DNA of 64,000 nucleotides from Octopus sinensis (taxonomy: Eukaryota), in the NCBI RefSeq assembly GCF_006345805.1, contig NC_043022.1:1-64000 (forward strand). Reading direction: 5' to 3'. Positions 43,509 through 55,866 of this stretch are shown here, piece after piece. Position 1 is the first letter of the stretch. Each line of letters starts with the position of its first letter. The notes beneath the pieces were generated by a model. It worked only from the letters and a program-made list of their open reading frames with translations. It had not been told where the DNA came from and ran no database searches. The position numbers and the translations under genes were made by a program.

Positions 43509-44603
43509 CAGGGAGAAAAACTAGAAATAGTTGATAGCTTCCGTTACCTAGGTGACCAAGTCAGTAGTGGGGGCGGGTGTGCTGAAAGTGTAACTGGTAG
43601 AGTAAGAATAGCCTGGGCAAAGTTAGAGAGCTTTTACCTCTGCTGGTGACAAAAGGCCTCTCGCTCAGAGTAAAAGGCAGACTGTATGATGCATGTGTAC
43701 GAACAGCCAGGTTACATGGCAGTGAAACATGGGCCGTGACAGCTGAGAATATGCATAAGCTCGCAAGAAATGAAGCCAGTATGCTCCAATGGATGTGTAA
43801 TGTCAGTGTTCATACTCGACAGAGTGTAAGTACCTTGAGAGAAAAGTTGGACCTAAGAAGCATCAGTTGTGGTGTGCAAGAGAGATGTTTGCGCTCTTAT
43901 CATCATGTGACAAGAATGGATGAAGATAATTGTGTGAAAAAGTGCCACACCCAAGCAGTTGAGGGAACCTGTGGAAGAGGTAGACCCAGGAAAACCTGGG
44001 ACGAGGTGGTGAGAAGACCCGGCAGGACTAGTGAGACCATAACCCATGGCCTCTACCTGGGATGTAGCCGGTCCACTTATGCAAACCTTTCCTTCTTGGG
44101 ACACAAAACTCTACTTGTGAAGACCTGTTGAGGCAAGTGAGAATCAGAATCAAAATCGATCAACATCAATGGAAATTGTAGCTGTGATACCAGTATCGGT
44201 GGCATGTAAGAGAACCATCCGAACTGCTCCGACTGGCCTTCGTGCCGGTGGCATGTAAAAAGCACCATCCAATCGTGGCTGTTGCCAGCTTCCCCTGGCT
44301 TCCATGCTGGTGGCACGTAAAAAGCACCATCCGATCGTGGCCGTTTGCCAGCTTCCCCTGGCCTCCATGCCGGTGACACGTAAAAAGCACCATTCGATCG
44401 TGGCCGTTTGCCAGCCTCGTCTGGCACCTGTGCTGGTGGTACGTAAAAAGCACCCACTACACTCACGGAGTGGTTGGCGTTAGGAAGGACATCCAACCAT
44501 AGAAACATTGCCAGATCAGACTGGGCCTGGTGCAGCCTTCTGGCTTCCCAGTTGAATCGTCCAACCCTTGCTAGCATGGAAAGCAGACGCTAAACGATGA
44601 TGA
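43509..44603 (+). mobile_element. RTE LINE 3' half (C-terminal ORF2, 3' UTR with about 58-bp subrepeats, (GAT)n tail)
   Basis: QGEKLEIVDSFRYLGDQVSSGGG, LYDACVRTARLHGSETW, RGRPRKTWDEVV; ends gctaaacgatgatgat. Confidence 0.92.
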
Positions 44604-45413
44604 TTTATCTGTAAAATCTTATTTAGCCTTAAGATATATCTTAAAAGATTTCAGTAACAAGCATAATCACAATGTCTAATCAATAAACTTTCAATATATA
44701 GACTCCAGTTTTAATTTTTGTAACATTTATTCTTTTTTCTTTGGGGAGAGTCAGGTGAGGCTGGTTGACTTTTTGTTTCCAGTGAATGTTAGATATATTT
44801 ATTTTCATTATTGATAATAACAAATACAGAAAAAAAATAATGATAGCTAACAAACAAAAATGTCTGAAAAACATCTCCAATAATGATTCTACGTACAACT
44901 GTCTTCTATTAAAATAAAAGAGTAATTCCTAAAAGCCTTGACAGTTTCTTGCTTATAAAATATTTGTGGATGTGTAGATATATTTGCATGTGTGTGTGTT
45001 GTGTGTGTGTAGACAGACAGACAGATAGATTGGTTGATATGACCGTGTGTACATGTACTGGAAATTCGAAATATAAGTTAAATTTTAAAAATAAATGTTT
45101 ATTTATTTTTCCAATATTTTATCTCAAAGTCTCCCAGCCATTTATGAAGTGTTATCACAGAATTAACTCTGGTTTTCAAAACTTAAAAATTAAGTCCATT
45201 CCCAACTATTTTCAATTATTTTCCATCATTATATTATTACATTCATAAAGACAGATATTTAACATGTTCAAACATTCTTAGCCTAGCCTTTCTCCACAAG
45301 CATATTTTACCATTCTTCATAGAATAACTTTTTTTGCTTCCTATGAAAGGATTAGAGTTTTCAAATTAAATTATAACTATTTCCTAAATTTTTTTGTTTT
45401 CATACAATTTTTC

Positions 45414-46766
45414 TATGTGGCGGAAGTTGTTCTCTCTGCATTTTTAGTGTTTATTGCTCCCGAGCATCTGCCACATACAAAAACTATCTTCCCCGTTAGC
45501 CTTCCTTTGATATTACTGCACCTCTTATGTGTCCATAGTTTACACTGGGTACATCTTATAGAGCTTCTACCTATGCCTCTACTACAGATCGAGCAGAGCC
45601 ATCTACCTGAAGGGATTTGTGGTTTGCGTGCCTTCCTACTTATTAGGACTTTGGTTTTAGCTAGGTTGATTTTAAGGCCCTTCGATTCTAATCCTTGTTT
45701 ACACACTTGAAACTTCTCCTCCAGTTCTGATAGTGACTCAGCAATTAGAACAAGGTCATCAGCAAAGAGGAGCTCCCAGGGGCATCCTGTCTTGAATTCC
45801 TCCGTTATTGCCTGCAGGACTATGATAGATAGGTGGGGGCTGAGGAGTGAACCTTGGTGGACCCCTACCTCTACCCTGAATTCTTCAGTGTACTCGTTGC
45901 CAACTCTCACCTTACTTACAGTGTCCCTGTACATGGCTCGCACAGCTCTCACTAACCATTCATCTATCCCTAGTTTCCTCATTGACCACATAAGGGATCG
46001 AGGGACCCTGTCAAAGGCTTTCTCCATGTCAACGAAAGCCAGGTACAGGGGCTTATCTTTGGCTAGGTATTTCTCCTGCAGCTTTCTTACCAGAAATATG
46101 GCATCAGTGGTGCTTTTCCCTGGCACAAAACCAAACTGCATCTCATCCAAGCTGACACTCTCCCTAATCAGTTGGGCTATGACCCTCTCCGTAACCTTCA
46201 TTACCTGATCCAACAGCTTGATACCTGTGTAATTATTTATATCTAAAGCGTCACCTTTACCTTTGTAGCAGTTGATTATTATGCTGCTACACCAGTCATT
46301 GGGTATGACTCCTTCGTGTATCAACTGGTTAACTATACGGGTGACTAGGCTATAGCCAACACCGCCAGATATTTTGAGCATCTCTGCAGTAATTCCTGAT
46401 GGGCCTGGGGCTTTTCCTGTCTTCATACTTCTAATTACCTTATCTACCAAGGTACTGTCAACTCGGATAGCTGGTCCCTCAGTTGGGTCGACATTCGGCA
46501 GACTCCCTTTCTCCCATTCATTTTCTTTATTCAGCAACTTTTTCATAGTGGCGTCTCCAAACCTCTCTCTTTGCAGTCACATTTAGCACAAGTGAACCAT
46601 TATCCATGCGAACACATTTCTCTCCTACCACATCACGATTCTCTCTCACACACTGTCTTGCAACAGCCTTTTGTCCTCACGGCGCAGAACATAGACAAAT
46701 TTTTTCTTATCTGCTTCTCCTCTGGCTAAATAAACCTGCCTCCTAGCATCCCTTCTGGCAGTCTGA
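45414..46766 (-). mobile_element. RTE LINE 5'/central part: RT followed by a C4HC3 PHD-like finger
   Basis: 377-aa ORF with GKAPGPSG, QFGFVPGKSTTDAIF, FVDMEKAFDRVPR, GVHQGSLLSP and FADDLVL, then CSIC/CTQC/HKRC/CGRC. Confidence 0.95.
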
Positions 46767-47567
46767 CACACTTCACCCATATAGTTAATCAGGATGTATA
46801 GAAAGTTGATTTGTTATTGGGCTCCTAGACTGAACAATTGCATGATCTTGTATGGATCTGAGAGTAATTTGACTGCTATTTCTAGCCACCCCACGTTAGC
46901 CTTGTTAATCATGTGAATGTCTAAAGAACTGAAAGTTATTTTAACAGTTGACAAACCAAATTCTAGTCAAGAACTCGTTTAAAAATTGCTGAGTCTTAAC
47001 AGAAACCATTAACATTTGAAGTAATAGACTTATTTTTAAAGGTGTGTGTGTGTGTGTGAAGGTAGGTGGTAGAAAAAGGTCTCTTGTTTAAGAATCAATA
47101 TATTTATCCCTATACCTCATAATTGACACAAAACTTAAGAAGATAAATGGTTTGACAATAATATTAATAAATTCTTACTTTTTCGGTGGAGGATAAACAG
47201 CAACTTCGAGAATTTATGACTGGAAATTCTTCTGTTGACTTATTTCACAATTCTTAGAAGCTGGCCAAATATTTTTCAGTGATTTATCAATAAGAAAAAC
47301 CACATGATATTTCTGACGGCGGTCGATATTCATTTCTCTCAGTTTATCACAGATACAGAAAAGTTTTCCTGTTTGTTTACAATCGTTACTCATCGAAATC
47401 CATTTTAAGTAATATGTATTCATAAAAGCACAAACTTATAAACAATTTTCAGAGAAAAAACAAGACAAATATTTCCAGATTGAAGAGAAATAAAAGTTCC
47501 AAATGGAGGACAACATTCCAGAACATTCCAGTAGAATTTTGTCGTCTGGATTAAAGTGAAACAAGTG

Positions 47568-47586
47568 TGACGTAAATCTGACGTCA
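47568..47586. promoter_or_regulatory. Tandem CRE-like sites (TGACGTAA and TGACGTCA) next to a CpG-rich patch
   Basis: Motifs at 47568-47575 and 47579-47586; function untested. Confidence 0.3.
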
Positions 47587-47934
47587 CTCGTGCACTTTCG
47601 TTTGTTTCCGTAGAATTTATCAAATTAAAAAAACGCAAAGTTAATATATTTTCTGAAATTGCAAATTATTTAGAATATAAAAAGGGGTACTAGTATCGTA
47701 GAGTGGTCCCGGTTTGCGCACACGCGCAAACGCGCGTGCGCGTTAGCCAGACGGAGGCAGCCGATCCAACGAGCTGACTGGCGCATGCACGATATATACG
47801 ATATATACTTGTATCGATATATACTTGTATACGATATATACTTGTATATATACGATATATACTTGTATCGCTCGTCCCCGGTTTGCGCACGCGCGAATCG
47901 CGGACGTGCGATACAAGTATATATCGTATGTATA

Positions 47935-48334
47935 CTCTTTTACTTGTTTCAGTCATTTGACTGCGGCCATGCTGGAGCACCGCCTTTAGTCGAGCAACTC
48001 GACCCCGGGACTTATTCTTTGTAAGCCCAGTACTTATTCTATCGGTCTCTTTTTGCCGAACCGCAAAGTTACAGGGACGTAAACACACCAGCATCAGTTG
48101 TCAAGCAATGCTAGGGGGACAAACACAGACACACAAACACATACACACACATACATATATATACATATATACGACAGGCTTCTTTCAGTTTCTGTCTACC
48201 AAATCCACTCACAAGGCATTGGTCGGCCCAGGGCTATAGCAGAAGACATTTGCCCAAGATGCCACGCAGTGGGACTGAACCCGGAACCATGTGGTTGGTT
48301 AGCAAGCTACTTACCACACACCCACTCCTGCGCC
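47935..48334 (-). mobile_element. Full-length tRNA-derived SINE
   Basis: Minus strand reads GGCGCAGGAGTGGGTGTGTGG (A box) ... GGTTCAGTCCC (B box) ... 3' tail AAAGAGTA. Confidence 0.92.
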
Positions 48335-48342
48335 TATATATT

Positions 48343-48751
48343 TACTCTTTTACTCTTTTACTTGTTTCAGTCATTTGACTGCGGCCATGCTGGAGCACCG
48401 CCTTTAGTCAAGCAAATCGACCCCGGGACTTATTCTTTGTAAGCCCAGTACTTATTCTATCAGTCTCTTTTGCCGAACCGCTAAGTGACGGGGACGTAAA
48501 CACACCAGCATCGGTTGTCAAGCAATGCTAGGGGGACAAACACAGACACACAACATACACACATACATATATATATATAACATATATACGACAGGCTTCT
48601 TTCAGTTTCCGTCTACCAAATCCACTCACAAGGCATTGGTCGGCCCGGGGCTTTAGCAGAAGACACTTGCCCAAGATGCCACGCAGTGGGACTGAATCCG
48701 GAACCATGTGGTTGTTTAGCAAGCTACTTACCACACAGCCACTCCTGCGCC
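48343..48751 (-). mobile_element. Full-length tRNA-derived SINE (second of a tandem pair)
   Basis: Same structure as 47935-48334. Confidence 0.92.
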
Positions 48752-48831
48752 TATTTATATAAATGTTTTGTAATTTTAATTTTGCTTGTGAAATGAAACA
48801 GTTGTAGGTGAATATGTTAGCAAATTTTTAT

Positions 48832-51800
48832 CCATTAGATTTGATTGCTATTTCTAGCAGTTAAGCAATGATTTAATTGATCGGACATTGTTCCATTAGA
48901 ATAGAAGAGTGTGATCTGAAGGAGATTTGACTGCTACTTCTAGAACGTCAAGCATCTATTTAGAGGATCTAACATTGGTCCCTTAGGATAGAAAAGTGTG
49001 ATCTGAGGAAGATTTGATTGCTATTTCTAGCAAGTCAAGAAACTATTTTGAGGATCTGACATTAGTCCATTAGAATAGAAAAGCGTGAGCTGAGGAAGAT
49101 TTGACTGTTATTTTTAGCAAGTCAAGCAACTTATTTAGAGGATAATAACATTGGTCCATTAGTATAGAAAAGTATGATCTGATCTGATGAGATGTGACTG
49201 CTATTTCTAGCAAGTCAAGCATCTATTATTAGTATCTGACATTGTTCCAATAGAATAGTAAAGTGTGAGCTGAGGAAGATTTCACTGCTACTTCTAGCAA
49301 GTAAATCAATTAGCGTGAGCTGAGGAAGATTTGACTGTTATTTTTAGCAAGTCAAGAAACTTTTGAGGTTCTGACATTGGTCCATGAGAATAGAAAAGTG
49401 TGATCTGATTAAGATTTGACTGCTATTTCTAGCAAGTCAAGAAACTATTTAGAGGATTTGACATGTTCTATTAGAATAGAAAAGTGTGATCTGATTAAGA
49501 TTTGACAGTTATTTCTAGCAAGTCAAGCAAGTATTTAGAGGATGTGACATTGGTCAATTAGAATAGAAAAATGTGATCTGAGGAAGTATAGGCTACTATT
49601 TCTGTCAAGTTAAGCAACTATTTAGATGATCTAACATTTGTCTATTAGAATGGAAAAGTGTAATCTCAGGAAGATTTGTCTGCTCTTTCTAGCAAGTCAA
49701 GAACTATTAAGAACATCTGACATTGGTCCATTAGAAGAGAAAAGTGTCATCTGAGGGAGATTTGACTGTTATTTCTACCAAGTCAAGCAACTATTTAGAG
49801 GATCTGACGTTGGTCCTTTAGAGTGTCTGACATTGGTCTATTAAATAGAAAAGTGTGATCTGAGGAAGATTTTATAGATATTTCTAGCAAGTCAAGGAAC
49901 TATTTAGAGGATCTGACATTGGTCCATTAGAAAATAAACGAGTGATCTGAGGAACATTTGATTGCTATTTCTAGCAAGTCAAGATTTTATTTAGACGATC
50001 TGACATTCTTCCATTAGAGTAGAAAAGTGTGATCTGAGGAAGGTTTCACTGCTATTTTTAGCAAGTCAAGCAACTATTTAGAGTAACTGGAATTTATCCA
50101 TTAATACAGAAAAGTGTGATCTAAGGGAGATTTGACTGTTATTTCTAGCAAGTGAAGCTTTTATTTAGACGATCTGACATTCTTCCATAGAATAGAAAAG
50201 TGTTGTCTGAGGTAGATTTGACTGCTACATCTTGCAAAGAAAGCACATATTTAGAGGATCTGACATTTGTCGATTAGAATAGAAAATTGTGATCTGAGGG
50301 AGATTTGACAGCTATTTCTATCAAGTCTAGCAATTATTTTGAGGTCTTGACATTGTTCCATTAGAATAGAAACGTGTAATCTGAGTAAGATTTGATTGCT
50401 ATTTCTAGCAAGTCAAGCTTTTATTTAGACGATCTGACATTGTTCCATTAGAATAGAAAAGTATGATCTAGGGAATACTTGACTGCTATTTCTAGCAAGT
50501 GAAGCAACTATTTAGAGGATCTGATATTGTTCTATTAGAATAGAAAAGTGTGATAATACGGAGATTTGACTAATATTTCTAGCAAGTCAAGGAACTATTT
50601 AGAGGATCTGACATTAGTCATTAGAATAGAAAAGCGTGAGCTGAGGAAGATTTGACTGTTATTTTTAACAAGTTAAGAAACTATTTAGAGGCTCTGATAT
50701 TGGTCCATGAGAATAGAAAAGTGTGATCTGATTAAGATTTGACTGCTATTTCTAGCAAGTCAAGCAACTATTTAGAGGATTTGACATTGTTCCATTGGAA
50801 TAGAAAAGTGTGATCTGAGAAAGATTTGACTGCTATTTCTAGCAAATCAAGCAAGTATTTAGAGGATCTGATATTGGTCCATTAGAATAGAAAAGTGTGA
50901 TCTTAAGAAGGTTGACTGCTATTTTTTGCAAATCAAGCAACTATTTAGAGGTTGTGACAATGGCCCGTAAGAATAGAAAAGTTTGATCCAAAGGAAGTTT
51001 TGACTCATCTTTCTAGCAAGTGAAGGAACTATTTAGAGAATCTGTCATTGGTCTTTTAGAATAGAAAAGTGTGATCTGAGGAAGATTTGTCTCCTCTTTC
51101 TAGAAAGTCAAGCAACTTTTAAGAGCATGTGACATTGGTCATTAGAATAGAAATGTGTGATCTGAGGGAGATTTGACTGCTATTTCTAGCAAGTCACGCT
51201 TTTATTTAGATGATCTGACATTGTTCCATTAGAGTAGGAAAGTGTGATCTCAGGAAGATTTGACAGCTATATCTACCAAGGAAAGCAAATATTTAGATGA
51301 TCTAACATTGGTCAATTAGTATAGAAAATTGTGATCTGAGGGAGATTTGACTGCTAATTCTACCATGTCAAGCAACTATTTAGAGATCTTGACATTGTTC
51401 CATTAGAATAGAAAATTGTGATAATACGGAGATTTGACTACTATTTCTATCAAGTCAAAGAACTATTTAGAGGATCTGACATTGGTCCATTAGAATAGAA
51501 AAGCTTGAGCTGAGGAAGATTTGACTGCTATTTCTAGCAAGACAAGCAACTATTTAGAGGATCTGACATTGGTCTATTAAATAGAAAAGTGTGATCTGAG
51601 GAAGATTTGTCTCCTCTTCCTAGCAAGTCAAGCAACTATTAAGATCATCTGACATTTGTCCATTAGAATAGAAAAGTTTGATCTGAGGAAGATTTTATAG
51701 ATATATCTAGCAAGTCAAGGAACTATTTAGAGGATCTGACATTGGTCCATTAGAAAATAAACGAGTGATCTGAGGAACATTTGATTGCTATTTCTAGCAA

Positions 51801-54800
51801 GTCAAGCTTTTATTTAGACGATCTGACATTCTTCCATTAGAGTAGAAAAGTGTGATCTGAGGAAGGTTTCACTGCTATTTTTAGCAAGTCAAGCAACTAT
51901 TTAGAGTAACTGGCATTGATCCATTAATACAGAAAAGTGTGATCTAAGGGAGATTTGACTGTTATTTCTAGCAAGTGAAGCTAATATTTAGAGGATTTGA
52001 TATTGTTCCATTAAAATAGAAAAGTCTGATATAAGGAAGGTTTGACTCCTATTTCTGTCAAGTCTAGCAACTATTTAGAGGATCTGACATTGTTCAATTA
52101 GAATAGAAAATTGTGATCTGCTGAAGATTTGATTGCTATTTCTAGCAAGTCTAGTAACTATTTAGAGGATCTGACATTGGTCCATTAGAGTAGAAAAGAG
52201 TGATATGATGAAGATTTGACAGCTATTTCTAGCAAGTCAAGCTTTTATTTAGATGATCTGACATTCTCCCATTAGAATAGAAAAGTGTGGTCTGAGGAAG
52301 ATTTGACTGCTACATCTTGCAAGGAAAGCAAATATTTAGAGGATCTGACATTTGTCGATTAGAATAGAAAATTGGATCTGAAGGAGATTTGACTGCTATT
52401 TCTATCAAGTCTAGCACTATTTAGATATCTTGACATTGTTCCATTAGAATAGAAAAGTGTAATCTGAGTAAGATTTGATTGCTATTTCTAGCAAGTCAAG
52501 CATCTATTATTAGGATCTGACATCGTTCTATTAAAATAGAAAAGTGTGATCTAAGGAAGACTTGACTGCTATTTCTAGCAAATCAAGCTTTTATTTAGAC
52601 GATCTGACATTGTTCCATTAGAATAAAAAAGTGTAATCTGATGAAGATTTGATCGCCATTTCTTGCAAGTGAAGCAACTATTTAGAGGATCTGATATTGG
52701 TCCATTAGAATAGAAAAGTGTGATCTTAGGAAGGTTGACTGCTATTTCTTGCAAATCAAGCAACTATTTAGAGGTCATGACAATGGTCCATAAGAATAGA
52801 AAAGTTTGATCGAAAGGAAATTTTGACTGCTCTTTCTAGCAAGTGATGGAACTATTTAGAGAATCTGTCATTGGTCTTTTAGTTAGTTAGTTAGTTAGTT
52901 AATTTTTTGGCTCAAAAAGCAAACAGCAAGGCCATGTAGGGGGACAAGGAGTTATGTACAGGGTGGTGTTCATGTAAAGAGTTCAGGCCACTTGAGGTCA
53001 AGGGAGACTTTGAACCGAGCGGTCATCGGCATCTTCACCATCTCATCTGGCAGCTTATTCCACTGATCCGCAACTCGGACGGAGAAAGCCCCTATCCTTC
53101 AATTGAGATGAAATCGTCGCAGATAGAGCTTTTCGGAATGACCCCGCAGCCGATGCTCTGGAGCAGGAGTGAAGAACAGCTCTTTCGAGAGGTTACACTT
53201 TCCGCTTATGATGTTGTGAGCAAGAATGAGATCTCCATGGCGTCGTCGTTTTTCTAGAGAATAAAGGTCGAGCGTCTTCAGCCTTTAGAATAGAAAAGTG
53301 TGATCTGAGGAAGATTTGTCTCCTCTTTCTAGAAATTCAAACAACTATTAAGAGATGTGACATTGGTCATTAGAATAGAAATGATGATATGGTGTAGAAT
53401 AGAATGAGTGATCTGAGGGAGATTTGACTGCTATTTCTAGCAAGTCAAGGAACTATTTAGAGGATCTCACATTGGTCTATTAGAATAGAAAAATGTCATC
53501 TAAAGGAGTTTTGACTGCTATTTCTAGCAAAGCAAGCAACTATTTAGAGGATATGACATTGGTCTATTAGAATAGAAACGTGTGATCTGAGGAAGATTTG
53601 TCTCCTCTTTCTAGCAAGTCAAGCAACTATTAAGAGTATCTGACATTGGTCTATTAGAATAGAAAAGTGTGATATAAGGAAGATTTTCCTGTCAATTATA
53701 GCAAGTCAAGCAACTATTTAGAAGATCTTATATTGGTGCATTAGAATAGAAAAGTCTGATCTGAAGAAGATTTGATTGTATTTCTAGCAACTCTATCAAC
53801 TATTTAGAATGTCTGACATTGTTCCATTAGAATAGAAGCGAGTGATGTGAGGAACCTTTGATTGCTATTTCTAGCAATTGCAGCTTTAACTTAGAGGATC
53901 TGACATTGGTCTATTTGAATAGAAAAGTGTGATCTGAGGGAGATTTGACTGCTATTTCTTGCCAGACAACCAACTATTTAGAGGATCTGATATTGGTCCA
54001 CTAGTATAGAAAATTGTGATCTGAGGGAGATTTGACTGCTATTTCTTGCCAGACAACCAACTATTTAGAGGATCTGACATTGGTCCATTAGAAAAGAAAG
54101 GTTTCATCTGAGGGAGATTTGACTGCTATTTCTAGCAAGTCTAGCAACTGTTTAGATGATCTGATATTGGTCCATTAGAATAGAAAAGTGTGATCTGAAG
54201 GAGATTTGTCTGCTATTTTTAGAAGCAGCTATTTAGAGGATCTGACATTGTTCCATTAGGATAGTAAAGTGATCTGAGGAAGGTTTGATTGCTATTTCTA
54301 GCAAGTGAAGCAACTTATTTTGAGGATCTGACATTGGTCCATTAGTATAGAAACGTTTGATCTGATGGAGATTTGTCTGTTATTTTTTGCAAGTCAAGAA
54401 ACTATTTAGAGGTTCTGACATTGTTCCATTAGAATCGAAGAATGTAATCTGAGGAGGATGTAATTTCTATTTCTAGCCAGTCAAGCAACTATTTAGAGGA
54501 TCTGATATTGTTCCATTAGAATAAAAAAGTGTGATAATACTGAGATTTGACTACTATTACTAGCAAGTCAAGGATCTATTTAGAGGAGCTGACATTGGTC
54601 CATTAGAATAGAAAAGCATGAGCTGAGGAAGATTTGACTGTTATTTTTAGGAAGTCAAGAAACTATTTAGAGGTTCTGACATCAGTCCATGAGAATAGAA
54701 AAGTGTGCTCTGATTAAGATTTGACTGCTATTTCTAGCAAGTAAAGCAACTATTTAGAGGATTTGACATTGTTCCATTAGAGTAGAAAAGTGTGATCAGA

Positions 54801-55865
54801 GGAACATTTGATAGCTATTTCTAGCAAGTCAAGCTTTTATTTAGATGATCTGACATTCTTCCATTAGAATAGAAAACTGTGATCTCAGGATGTTTTGACT
54901 GCTATTTCTAGCAAGTCAAGCAACTATTTAGAGGGTCTGACATTGGTCTATTGGAATAGAAAAGAGTGATCTGAAAAAGATTTGTTTCCTCTCTCTAGCA
55001 AGTCAAGCAACTATTAAGAGTTCGTGACATTGGTCGATTAGAACAGAAAAGTCTGATCTGAGGGAGAATTGACTGCTATTTCTAGCAAGTGAAGCAATTA
55101 TTTTGCAGATCTGACATTGTTCCATTAGAGTAGAAAAGTGTGATCTAAGGAAGACTTGACTGCTATTTCTTGTAAGTTAAGAAACTATTTAGTGGCTCTG
55201 GCATTGGTCCATAAGAATAGAAAAGTGTGATCTAATTAAGATATGACTGCTATTTCTAGCAAGTCAAGCAACTATTTAGAGGATTTAACATTGTTCCATT
55301 TGAATAGAAGTGTGATCTGAGGAAGATTTAACTGTTATTTCTAGCAAGTCAAGCTTCTATTTAGACAATCTGACATTGGTCAATTAGAATAGAAAAATGT
55401 GATCTGAGGAAGATTTGTCTGCTCTTTCGAGCAAGTCAAGCACTATTAAGAGCATCTGACATTTGTCCATTAGAATAGAAAAGTGTGATCTGAGGGAGAT
55501 TTGACTGTTATTTCTACCAAGTTAAGCAACTATTTAGAGGATGTGACATTGGTCCATTAGAATAGAAAAGTGTGATCTGAGGAAGATTTTACAGTTATTT
55601 CTAGCAAGTCAAACAACTATTTAGAGGATGTGACATTGGTCCATTAGAATAGAAATGTGTGATAATACGGAGATTTGACTATTTCTAGCAAGTGAAGCTA
55701 CTATTTAGAGGGTCTAAAATTGTTCCATTAGAATAGAAAAGCGCAATATGAGGAAGATTTGACTGCTATATCTTGCAAGTCAAGTAATTATCTAGAAGAT
55801 CTGACATTAGTCCATTAGTATAGAAAAGTGTGATCTGAGGAAGATTTGATTGCTATTTCTAGCAA
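48832..55865. repeat. 87-bp satellite (TTGACTGCTATTTCTAGCAAGTCAAGCAACTATTTAGAGGATCTGACATTGGTCCATTAGAATAGAAAAGTGTGATCTGAGGAAGAT) with a 1823-bp higher-order repeat
   Basis: About 75 diverged monomers; diagnostic variants recur at +1823 (49932/51755; 50899/52722). Confidence 0.95.
52883..53286 (-). mobile_element. 5'-truncated CR1 family C copy inserted in the satellite
   Basis: Reverse complement matches 11863-12255 and ends in a (TAAC)n tail. Confidence 0.93.
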
Positions 55866-55866
55866 T

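Noticed and set aside
48270-48334. SINE heads as tRNA genes
   Set aside because: A and B boxes are present but no complete cloverleaf; they are embedded in SINE bodies
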